Below are positions 1 to 8,077 of a stretch of 18,284 bases of DNA, one piece after another. A program made the position numbers and the translations under genes. The notes below the pieces were generated by a model. The model was not told the DNA's origin and did not search any database. It was given only the letters and a program-made list of their open reading frames with translations. Each line of letters begins with the position of its first letter. Position 1 is the stretch's first letter. Source of the DNA: Aulosira sp. ZfuVER01 (GTDB lineage Bacteria; Cyanobacteriota; Cyanobacteriia; Cyanobacteriales; Nostocaceae). Location: positions 1 to 18,284 of the forward strand of contig JAVRCV020000017.1 of assembly GCA_034530615.2 (NCBI GenBank), given 5' to 3'.

Positions 1-46
1 TTAGATTACATCTTATGCTTCCTTCCAGCTTAAGTTGACACCAATG
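1..46 (-). mobile_element. End of a repeated IS/MITE-like element (CATTGGTGTCAACTTAAGC... terminus), truncated by the window edge
   Basis: Bases 1-47 are the exact reverse complement of 18233-18279. The junction interrupts a REP-like palindrome (GTAAGGGTTTAGCAATGCT| on the - strand). Confidence 0.65.
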
Positions 47-332
47 AGCATTGCTAAACCCTTACCCACTTTTGGGCATACTGAATTTGATTTAGGTGCG
101 ATCGCCAGAAAATAGGACATAAATATTTTAATTCCCGTTCTGGATAATCAATATTTCTATTAACGGACTTATTTTCTAGAGGAATTATTAAAAATAAGAT
201 GATTAAAATATATTTTTTTTGTCACTTTTCTCTTCAAAAAATCATAGGAAAATATCAATTTATTGCGGAAGATAGTAATGAAAAGCGGTAATCTGCTATA
301 TGCAAAATATGATATTTTCCTAGTAATGCGCT

Positions 333-1496
333 ATGCCATTTTTATTAAATTCTCAGAATGTCTTAGATTATTTAACTAGACATAACCTTTGCTTTCAAGT
401 AGAGAAAGACCAAATTGAGATAGAGTTGAAAGCTGCCAAAAATTTTAATTTGTTACTAACCCTGCCAAATAATCAAAAGCTGTTAGTTAAGCAAGAACGG
501 CACAATCATGAAGGAAAGGCATCTGGTGAATTTTTAAGTGAGTGGCGAGTTCAAGAAGTCTTACAAAGATTTCCAGAACTAAATCATCTTCACCCATCAC
601 TACCAGTGATATTACATTTTGATACAGAAAATTCTATTATCGTTTTTAGATACCTGGATGATTATCAGGATGCAATGGAATTCTACACAAAGGAAAAAAT
701 TTTTGATAGTGAAATCGCTATAGCAATTGGTACTTGCCTAGCTACTATCCATCGTCATACTTTCAATAACCAGGAATATCAAGATTTTTTATCTAAGAAT
801 TTAGATAACTCTAGAACAGAACAGGTGAGAAATTTAATTCGGGGGTTGGAACGGATAGAACCAGAAATTTTTGGTGTAGTACCTGCTGATGGATTGAGAT
901 TTTTTGCCCTGTACCAACGCTACGACAGTTTAGGAGAAGCTCTGAGAAACTTGGGTAATGCTGTTATTCCTTGTTGTTTAACCCACAATGATTTAAAGCT
1001 AAATAATATATTAGTTCATAAAAATTGGCAGCAATCAACTAACAGTATTGTACGCCTAATTGATTGGGAACGTTCTGCTTGGGGAGATCCAGCTTTTGAT
1101 TTAGGAACACTTATTAGTAGCTACGTACAATTATGGCTAGGTAGCCTAGTTATTAGTAAATCTTTAAGTCTTGAGGAATCTCTAACTTTAGCGATGACTC
1201 CTTTAGAACAACTTCAGCCTTCAATTGCTACATTAACTCAAGTTTATTTGCAGACATTTCCAGAAATTTTAGAACACCGTCCTGATTTTTTACTGCGGGT
1301 AATGCAATTTACAGGTTTTGGTTTAATTCAAGGAATTCAGTCCATGATTCAGTATCAAAAATCTTTCGGCAATGTAGGTATTGCTATGCTTCAGGTTGCC
1401 AAAAGCTTATTATGTCGTCCAGAACAATCAATACCGACAATTTTTGGTGCGATTGGTACGAGTAAATTAATTAGACAAACTGCTTTGACTGCTTAA
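333..1496 (+). CDS. lanK: APH/phosphotransferase-fold Ser/Thr peptide kinase, class V lanthipeptide LanK (LxmK/TvaC-like)
   Basis: 387 aa. LLVKQE lysine, HNDLKLNN catalytic loop (HxDxxxxN), LIDWE Mg-binding motif, WGDPAFDLG. Directly upstream of a HopA1-like gene and lanM. Confidence 0.85.
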   Translation: MPFLLNSQNVLDYLTRHNLCFQVEKDQIEIELKAAKNFNLLLTLPNNQKLLVKQERHNHEGKASGEFLSEWRVQEVLQRFPELNHLHPSLPVILHFDTENSIIVFRYLDDYQDAMEFYTKEKIFDSEIAIAIGTCLATIHRHTFNNQEYQDFLSKNLDNSRTEQVRNLIRGLERIEPEIFGVVPADGLRFFALYQRYDSLGEALRNLGNAVIPCCLTHNDLKLNNILVHKNWQQSTNSIVRLIDWERSAWGDPAFDLGTLISSYVQLWLGSLVISKSLSLEESLTLAMTPLEQLQPSIATLTQVYLQTFPEILEHRPDFLLRVMQFTGFGLIQGIQSMIQYQKSFGNVGIAMLQVAKSLLCRPEQSIPTIFGAIGTSKLIRQTALTA

Positions 1497-1520
1497 CTAT
1501 TTTCTGATAATTCAATCATT

Positions 1521-2633
1521 ATGCAATTACTTAACTCTGTTCAGAGTCAGCTTCAAGCTGGGATAAATCAGCGATTACTAGATGTTCTAGAAGATATTGT
1601 TAACAAGGTAGAAATTAATTTTGATTTCTCCATTCGCCATCCAGATTATAAACCATTGGAAATACCTGCTGAAGCTGTTGAACGCTTTCAAAAATTACCT
1701 GGAGAAATGCAGCAAAAATATCTCAGTCTGCAATTGCGGAGTTTTCTGTATGGTATTTATTACAATGGTTCAATGCGAACCGAACTAGCAGCAGATAAAA
1801 AAGAAAATAATTTGCCCTTAGATTTAGAAAATAATACAGTTTTAGGGGTAGATATTGGTTTTTATAAACAATTGCATGACAGTAATTATGGAGAGGGATA
1901 TTTTCAGCCTGGCTGGTCGATTTTGAGAGAAGAAAGTGATGGCAGTTTGGCAGTTAGTAGGGGTGGATTGAGACTGCATATTCAAAAAGATAGGCATTTA
2001 CTAGCATCTGATAAATTTGCTGTTGTGGGTGATGTAATTGCGATTAAAATGCCTAAAAATGTGGTACAAAGTGGATTTTATATGGCGGTTGGTAATGCCG
2101 GATTATATCGCAATGATTTAGAAAATCAACAAATTGTGCGAATATATTTCAATTTAACTCCTTCAGGCGCTGTTGCGGTCATGGGTAATATAACGCAGCA
2201 TTTGAATGAGAAAAATATACCTTTTCAATTTAAAGTTTTGTATCATCCTAAAGATTACAAACGCCACGATTCAGGGGTTTTGTATTTTGACAAGCAGGAT
2301 TATGAAGTAGTAAAGCAATCTTTAAACTCTATTTATATAGAAAATCAAGGGGACTTTAAATCTGAAATTCCCTTGTTTACTAAAGAACTAGCACCAGGGT
2401 TAAGTTTAGCAGAAGAACCAGATCAAAAGTTTGCCGAAAGGGAAAGTTTTGGGATGAATCGCTGTCAGATAATTGCAAATGGTTTGTTAGAAGCTTGGTA
2501 TCAGGGAGATAATTCGCCCCAAGGACGGATGAAAGCAATTCAAGAGCAATTTTCGCTTGTAGGAATTGATTTCGAGCGTGTTCACCTTAATGCCAACTCT
2601 GAGGATATTTACAAAGCCTTGGATTTATCTTAG
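1521..2633 (+). CDS. lanY: HopA1-family protein; predicted phosphoSer/Thr lyase of a class V-type dehydratase (LanY-like)
   Basis: 370 aa. Motifs VRIYFNL, FQFKVL, RHDSGVLY, PLFTKELAPGLSLAEEP and ESFGMNRCQIIA are typical of HopA1-like proteins paired with APH kinases in RiPP clusters. Starts 24 bp after the kinase stop. Confidence 0.82.
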   Translation: MQLLNSVQSQLQAGINQRLLDVLEDIVNKVEINFDFSIRHPDYKPLEIPAEAVERFQKLPGEMQQKYLSLQLRSFLYGIYYNGSMRTELAADKKENNLPLDLENNTVLGVDIGFYKQLHDSNYGEGYFQPGWSILREESDGSLAVSRGGLRLHIQKDRHLLASDKFAVVGDVIAIKMPKNVVQSGFYMAVGNAGLYRNDLENQQIVRIYFNLTPSGAVAVMGNITQHLNEKNIPFQFKVLYHPKDYKRHDSGVLYFDKQDYEVVKQSLNSIYIENQGDFKSEIPLFTKELAPGLSLAEEPDQKFAERESFGMNRCQIIANGLLEAWYQGDNSPQGRMKAIQEQFSLVGIDFERVHLNANSEDIYKALDLS

Positions 2634-2636
2634 CCA

Positions 2637-5600
2637 ATGTCATTAAAATATTGTTTAAAAGATTTTGTAAACGAAGTATCAGTTTTAGAGATTTGTAGCA
2701 TGGAAATATCAGCCTCAAAATTATCGCAAATAGCTATCAACGCAACTTTTTTTTCTGAACAAATCAATAATAAGGATTGCAAAAATATCAATCCTCAAAA
2801 GCTTGACCAAAATTTAATTGAAAAACGGCTTAAAAATTGGTGTAAAGCAGTTGGAGGAGAAGAAAAACTTAAACAACGTCTCCATTGGGATAGATTAGAT
2901 TTAAATACAGTTCGTCCCTTACTAGTAACAGCAGATATTGGAGAAGATTATAATTTACCAACTTGGACAGAAACTCTTAAAGAATTAATTCAAAGTGGCA
3001 TAGCTTCTTTATTTAATCTAGAGGGAGCAGAAAAATTACCACTTGATCCTCAAAAGCCTTTACCTTTTGAAGATTTTTATTTTCCATTTATCTTAGTAGC
3101 ACGGCGTAAATTATCTGCGACATTATCTCCAAACAATCCTTTTGATTTACTAAGTAAAGAAGCATACACAGCCTTAGAATATAGTTTGCTACAACAACTA
3201 GTAAATTTAGGAACAGAAACTTTACTGCTTGAATTCAATCAATTGCGGTCAAATCAAGTTTCTGCAAACCAGACTGATTTTATAGAAAATAATAGCGGAA
3301 ATGACAGTCAATTTCTGTATCGCACCTTCATTCAAAATCTTCTCCAAGATGGAGGCTTAGATTTTTTTGAACGTTACCCTGTGTTAGCAAGGCTTATCGC
3401 TACAACTATTGATTTTTGGGTAAAAAATACTACTGAATTTATCCAACGGTTACAAGCTGATATTCCAGAAATAGAACAGACATTTTCCCCGGATATAAGC
3501 ATCGGAAAAGTCAAGGAAATAGAAACTGCTCTCTCAAATCCCCACAATGGCGGGCGCAGCATTTTAGCGATTACCTTCTCTTCAGGTGTCAAAATTGTCT
3601 ATAAACCTAAAGACTTGAGTCTAGATATAGCTTTCAATCATTTACTAGACTGGTGTAACCAACAGGATATATCTTTAGCCTTCAAAGCTACCAAAATTCT
3701 CAAACGTCAAGAATATGGCTGGGTTGAATTTATTTATCACCAACCTTGTGAGAATCAAACCGCAGTCAAAAACTTCTATAAAAGAGCAGGAATGTTATTA
3801 TCACTACTGTTTGTATTAGGAGCTAAGGACTGTAGCTCTGAAAATGTTATTGCCAATTCTGAATATCCAATTCTGATTGATGCTGATATCTTGATGCATC
3901 CTATACTCAAAAGCAACGATGAATCAGAAGACTGGTTTAAAGATTCAGTTTTAAAAGTGGGGTTTTTACCTAATTGGGAAGGTAATACATTCTCAGCAAA
4001 TGCTCAAGATTCCAGTGTACTTGGTAATATTTATCCCCAACAAGTTAATTCTTCTAGAGAGTGGAAATTTGTTAACACAGATGGAATGCATTTAGCTGCG
4101 AAAACTGCAATTATTCCTTCTGGTACTAATGCGGTAATTCTAGAAGGTAAACCTGTTTCTCCCAGGAACTATGTAGAGGCAATTGTTACTGGCTTTGAGG
4201 AAATATACCGCTTATTAATCAAAAATAAAGAAACTTTGATGGGTGAAGAAAGTTCTCTATCACCCATCAAATCATTAAAGTCTCGATTTATCCCGCACCC
4301 ATCAATCATCTATGCTATCGCCGCTAAAAACAGCCTCAATCCTCAATCTTTGCGTAATGGCATAGAATATAGCATTCTGATTAATAGTTTAATTGATACT
4401 TTTAGCCGTTCTTTGCTAAAAGTTGAAGCAAATCCAGAAATTTGGGTAATTTGGCAAGCAGAAACAAGGTCTTTACAACAGCAAGATATTCCCTATTTCT
4501 CTGTAAGCTGTGATAGTGATGATTTAGAAATTGAACAAGACAAGTTAATTAAGCAGTTTTTTAAAATATCCAGTTACCAAAGGTTAATTACTCAACTGCA
4601 AAATCTTGATGAACAGGATTTAACTATACAAATTAAATTAATTCGGATGAGTTTTGATGCCAAGTTTGCTCATTTAACAACGAACAATGCTGCTTTACAG
4701 GGTAATTTACCACAATTACACTCACTTACTACTGAAGAATTACTGCAAGAAGCTGTAGAAATTGGCAATAATCTTGTCTCAAATGCGATTTGTAATTCTA
4801 ACGGATGCAACTGGATTAATTTAGATTATATGTTCCAGGCTAATCGCTACCAACTCCAGCCGTTAGATGATTCTTTATATAGAGGGCGTGCTGGAGTAAG
4901 TTTGTTCCTAGCAGCCTTAGCAAAAATAACTGGTAAAAATGAATTTAAAGAGGTGGCTTTAGCTGCTTTATCACCTTTGCAACAATCGCTAAAAAAAGCA
5001 GAAATCTGCAAAGAAATACTAGATTCAGAATTTGGTTTATTGGGTATAGGTGGTTTTATCTACAGTCTAGTTAAAATTAGTCAATTTTTGGCACAGCCAA
5101 ATCTTTTAGAATCTGCCCATTTTGCAGCAAAACTATTGACAAAAGAGGTAATCACTACTGATGAAAAGCTGGATATTATGTGGGGAGTTGCGGGAGCAAT
5201 TCCAGGTTTATTAACCCTTTATCATCAAACAGGCGAACAAGCTGTGTTAGACATAGCAGTCACCTGTGGCAATCATTTATTATCACATCGAAGTAATAGT
5301 AACCCTAGAGCATGGGTAACAATAGAAAGTAAAAAACCTTTAACTGGTTTTTCTCACGGAGCAGCAGGTATTTCTCTTTCTCTATTGCGACTATATGCTG
5401 CTACAGCAGATATAGCTTTTTTAGAAGCTGCAAAAGAGGCAATTGAATATGAAAAAAGTGTCTTTGATGAATCAGTTCAAAACTGGCCAGATTTCCGTTT
5501 ATCGGAAAAAACAAATCAAATTAACTTCTTGCATACTTGGTGTCATGGAAGTGCTGGAATTGGGTTAGCTCGTTTAGGTAGTTTGTCAATTATACAGACA

Positions 5601-5942
5601 GAAGAAATTTACTCAGACATTAATATCGCTTTAGAAACTGCTCAAAAGTATGGAATCCCCAGCACAGATATAGACCATATCTGCTGTGGACACATGGGTA
5701 GAACCGAACTGTTTATTTTAGCATCTCAAAAATTGGATAATCAAGAATGGCTAAACATTGCCATAAAACAGGCTGCATGGGTAATAGAAAGGGCAAAAGC
5801 AAATGGAGAATATTCTTTTTCTTCTCACTTGTATAAATCTGCTTATAGCCCTAGTTTTTTCCGAGGTTATGCAGGTATAGGTTATCAATTCCTACGTTTA
5901 GCATTTCCTGAATCTTTACCTTCAGTCTTAATTTGGGAGTAA
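2637..5942 (+). CDS. lanM: Class II lanthipeptide synthetase LanM (degenerate-looking dehydratase domain plus LanC-like CCG-type cyclase)
   Basis: 1101 aa (alternative ATG at 2700). YPVLARL, IVYKPK, GWVEFI and QQDIPYF in the N-terminal domain; LYRGRAG, GFSHGAAG, NWPDFR, WCHGSAG, HICCG and FFRGYAGIGY in the cyclase domain. Confidence 0.95.
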   Translation: MSLKYCLKDFVNEVSVLEICSMEISASKLSQIAINATFFSEQINNKDCKNINPQKLDQNLIEKRLKNWCKAVGGEEKLKQRLHWDRLDLNTVRPLLVTADIGEDYNLPTWTETLKELIQSGIASLFNLEGAEKLPLDPQKPLPFEDFYFPFILVARRKLSATLSPNNPFDLLSKEAYTALEYSLLQQLVNLGTETLLLEFNQLRSNQVSANQTDFIENNSGNDSQFLYRTFIQNLLQDGGLDFFERYPVLARLIATTIDFWVKNTTEFIQRLQADIPEIEQTFSPDISIGKVKEIETALSNPHNGGRSILAITFSSGVKIVYKPKDLSLDIAFNHLLDWCNQQDISLAFKATKILKRQEYGWVEFIYHQPCENQTAVKNFYKRAGMLLSLLFVLGAKDCSSENVIANSEYPILIDADILMHPILKSNDESEDWFKDSVLKVGFLPNWEGNTFSANAQDSSVLGNIYPQQVNSSREWKFVNTDGMHLAAKTAIIPSGTNAVILEGKPVSPRNYVEAIVTGFEEIYRLLIKNKETLMGEESSLSPIKSLKSRFIPHPSIIYAIAAKNSLNPQSLRNGIEYSILINSLIDTFSRSLLKVEANPEIWVIWQAETRSLQQQDIPYFSVSCDSDDLEIEQDKLIKQFFKISSYQRLITQLQNLDEQDLTIQIKLIRMSFDAKFAHLTTNNAALQGNLPQLHSLTTEELLQEAVEIGNNLVSNAICNSNGCNWINLDYMFQANRYQLQPLDDSLYRGRAGVSLFLAALAKITGKNEFKEVALAALSPLQQSLKKAEICKEILDSEFGLLGIGGFIYSLVKISQFLAQPNLLESAHFAAKLLTKEVITTDEKLDIMWGVAGAIPGLLTLYHQTGEQAVLDIAVTCGNHLLSHRSNSNPRAWVTIESKKPLTGFSHGAAGISLSLLRLYAATADIAFLEAAKEAIEYEKSVFDESVQNWPDFRLSEKTNQINFLHTWCHGSAGIGLARLGSLSIIQTEEIYSDINIALETAQKYGIPSTDIDHICCGHMGRTELFILASQKLDNQEWLNIAIKQAAWVIERAKANGEYSFSSHLYKSAYSPSFFRGYAGIGYQFLRLAFPESLPSVLIWE

Positions 5943-5963
5943 AATAATAAAATTAAAAATTTC

Positions 5964-6002
5964 ATTGCTAGGAACGCTACGCAAACCTTCCTTCCTCGCA
6001 AT
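5964..6002. repeat. Degenerate palindromic repeat after lanM; possible terminator or processing hairpin
   Basis: ATTGCTAGGAA (5964-5974) pairs with TTCCTCGCAAT (5992-6002), one mismatch. Resembles the inner stem of the 7005-7150 element. Confidence 0.4.
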
Positions 6003-6379
6003 AACAGAAGATTAGTGGATTTTACAAAAGTGTGATGCTCCCTGCTTGCTATGAGGAATTAGCAATTCTATTTTCTAGAACAAAATTTACATCTAGAATA
6101 ATTTATCATTCATCAGCACAAAATTTTTATTGTGCTGATTTTTTATGTGTTTAGCTAATCTTGTACAATTAAAGTGACAAAAATAATTTATTTTTTTCTT
6201 AAAAATATTCAATAATAGTAGACGAATAAAATTTTTAGTAATGAAGTCCATGTAATTCTTATTTATATAAATGATCATGAATTAATTTAGGCTTAAAGAG
6301 GAACATAAATGTAATCTTTATGTCATAAAAATGCTTTGTTATTTGTGGATTTTAGCAATTTCAATAGCTATTATAGGGA

Positions 6380-6410
6380 TATAAATCAAGCATAAAGAGT
6401 TTGATTTATA
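6380..6410 (+). promoter_or_regulatory. 5'-UTR stem-loop of precursor 1, just downstream of a TATTAT -10-like hexamer (6369-6374)
   Basis: TATAAATCAAGC-ATAAAGA-GTTTGATTTATA forms a 12-bp stem with one G-U pair. Homologous copy at 6721-6751. Confidence 0.55.
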
Positions 6411-6450
6411 AGTTCTACTAAAAACAAATAACGATTGGAGAAAAGAACAC

Positions 6451-6636
6451 ATGGCTAATATCAATATAAAAGATTTATTGAATCTAAATCTGACAGGTGC
6501 TGAGTTATTTAACGATTCAGAAAGTTTTCTAAATGAACTGAGTGACGAAAGCGAGCAAGTAATTGGTGGTCACAAAACAGTGTATTGCCAGTTACCTAGC
6601 TGTAAGGAAACTAAGGTTATAATCAAGGCTGTCTAG
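6451..6636 (+). CDS. lanA: Lanthipeptide precursor 1: 40-aa GG leader plus 21-aa core HKTVYCQLPSCKETKVIIKAV
   Basis: GGAG RBS. Leader ...GAELFNDSESFLNELSDESEQVIGG. Core has 2 Cys, 1 Ser and 2 Thr. Paralog of 6786..6995. Confidence 0.9.
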   Translation: MANINIKDLLNLNLTGAELFNDSESFLNELSDESEQVIGGHKTVYCQLPSCKETKVIIKAV

Positions 6637-6720
6637 TTTTTGTTTTAGCACTTACAGTTACGGGAAAATAACAATATTATTAAGGGTGCTTTACATTGTG
6701 TTAATGCACACTAATAAAAC

Positions 6721-6751
6721 TATTAATCGAGCATAAATTATTCGATTGATA
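6721..6751 (+). promoter_or_regulatory. 5'-UTR stem-loop of precursor 2
   Basis: TATTAATCGAG-CATAAATTA-TTCGATTGATA aligns without gaps to 6380-6410, with pairing-preserving changes. Confidence 0.55.
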
Positions 6752-6785
6752 GCCAGATAAAACAAAATCATGGAGGTTAAAGAGA

Positions 6786-6995
6786 ATGGCTAATATCAAG
6801 GTAAATGATTTATTGAATCTCAACCTGACTGGCGGTGAATTATTTAATGATTCAGAAAGCTTTCTGACTGAATTAAGCGATGAAAGCGAGCAAATAGGAG
6901 TAATTGGCGGTAAATGCTTTTTATTAAGTTGGTATTGTTGTACCCCTACCGTCGTCCAAGATTGCCCCCCAGATTGGTTAGAGAAAAATCAATAA
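6786..6995 (+). CDS. lanA: Lanthipeptide precursor 2: 42-aa GG leader plus 27-aa core KCFLLSWYCCTPTVVQDCPPDWLEKNQ
   Basis: GGAGG RBS. Leader nearly identical to precursor 1, ending VIGG. Core has 4 Cys, 1 Ser and 2 Thr. Confidence 0.9.
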   Translation: MANIKVNDLLNLNLTGGELFNDSESFLTELSDESEQIGVIGGKCFLLSWYCCTPTVVQDCPPDWLEKNQ

Positions 6996-7004
6996 TTAGT
7001 TGTA

Positions 7005-7150
7005 AGTAGTTAGATATAATTAATTACACAATGTCATTGCGAATGGAGCGTTCGCGTAGCATCCCGAAGGGAAGCGGAATGAAGCAATCGCATGGGTTGG
7101 GATTGCTTCGCTTGGCTCGCAATGACTGTAAATATTTTTGTCTAATTACT
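7005..7150. mobile_element. MITE-like element with TA duplication and nested inverted repeats
   Basis: Ends AGTAGTTAGA / TCTAATTACT flanked by TA (7003-7004, 7151-7152). Inner inverted repeats GTCATTGCGA/TCGCAATGAC (7033-7042, 7117-7126) and GAAGCAATC/GATTGCTTC (7081-7089, 7101-7109). Confidence 0.7.
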
Positions 7151-7211
7151 TACAACCAACAAAAATAGTTTGCTTTCGACTCTCATATAGAGTTTTCAAT
7201 CATTGACAACT

Positions 7212-7256
7212 ATAGCCAGCAACTTATTTATTCAATAGGAATTGCTGGCTATTTTA
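7212..7256. terminator. Hairpin between the convergent precursor and export transcripts; probable terminator
   Basis: ATAGCCAGCAA (7212-7222) / TTGCTGGCTAT (7242-7252) is a perfect 11-bp stem followed by a T-rich run. Confidence 0.6.
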
Positions 7257-7282
7257 TTGTTAAAATTGACTGAAATTATTAC

Positions 7283-8020
7283 CTATTCTATATGTTTAAA
7301 AACCTCAATTACCTGTATTTGCTGCTTTATCCACTCTTCAAAAAAATTTGACATAATTTGATAACGTAACTTCTCACTCAATTCTGGTTGAATAATCTCT
7401 TCCACCCTAATCAAATGTACTCCCTTGGAAGTAATAATTGGCTTGAGAAGTTGGGGTGGTTTAGCAGCAAAAACAGCAGCAGAAATTTCTGGCTTTAAAT
7501 CTTTACGATTTACTTTCCCTCGATATCCACATTTGCGACGTAATTCTGTATCTTGGATGTATTGATTAGCTACATCATAAAAACTAGTTTCACCTTCCTT
7601 AACGGCATAAAATAGTTCCATAGCCAAGTCTTCATCATCTAAGACAACTTCATATATCAAAGCACCAGCATAGTCTAGTTGATTTTCAAAAAAATAGGGT
7701 TCAACTTTATCTGCAAATAGATGTTGAGCTAACTTATTAGCAAGCAAATTCTTGTAAACTACTTCTTCAAAGTCATCTAAAGATAGAGCGTGTTCTTCTA
7801 ACCATTTCCATGTGTCTTCAGCAGTTTCTAGTTTATTCATTAATCGGAAATTATCTGCTGCTTTTTGAAGTTCCTCAGTCTCTACTTTGATACTCATTTT
7901 AGATACAGCATTTTCAATCACCTTTTGGGTAATAATCTTCTCAATTAAATCAGGAATTTGGCAATATTGCTTGACGATATGCAAAATATCTTGGTTGGTA
8001 ATTGTGATAGTTTGTGACAT
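7283..8020 (-). CDS. PpiC/parvulin-like peptidyl-prolyl isomerase (foldase) of a peptide-export operon
   Basis: 245 aa. SFYDVANQY, CGYRGKVNRKDLKPEISAAVF and PIITSKGVHLIRVEE match a rotamase pattern. Last gene after the ABC exporter and HlyD. Confidence 0.85.
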   Translation of the reverse strand: MSQTITITNQDILHIVKQYCQIPDLIEKIITQKVIENAVSKMSIKVETEELQKAADNFRLMNKLETAEDTWKWLEEHALSLDDFEEVVYKNLLANKLAQHLFADKVEPYFFENQLDYAGALIYEVVLDDEDLAMELFYAVKEGETSFYDVANQYIQDTELRRKCGYRGKVNRKDLKPEISAAVFAAKPPQLLKPIITSKGVHLIRVEEIIQPELSEKLRYQIMSNFFEEWIKQQIQVIEVFKHIE

Positions 8021-8077
8021 GATTTGGCTCCAAAGATAAATCTTAATTGCACAAAGTTAGGATAAGCTCTTAACTAT

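Noticed and set aside
106..332. NtcA box (GTA-N8-TAC) in cluster promoters
   Set aside because: No exact match found by eye here or upstream of the precursors or the HTH gene.
333..1496. Aminoglycoside resistance gene
   Set aside because: The APH fold alone does not imply resistance; pairing with the HopA1-like gene, lanM and precursors points to a peptide kinase.
1521..2633. Type III secretion effector
   Set aside because: No T3SS genes are in the window, and HopA1-like proteins next to APH kinases are RiPP lyases.
6093..6278. 61-aa - strand ORF as a third precursor
   Set aside because: No shared leader or GG site; its composition reflects AT-rich promoter DNA.
6451..6995. Canonical class V (AviCys) or two-component alpha/beta lantibiotic
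   Set aside because: No C-terminal Cys or decarboxylase gene, only one LanM, and no mersacidin-like lipid II motif in either core.
5943..7282. CRISPR array or tRNA in the repeat-rich spacers
   Set aside because: No regularly spaced direct repeats or cloverleaf; the structures are inverted repeats.
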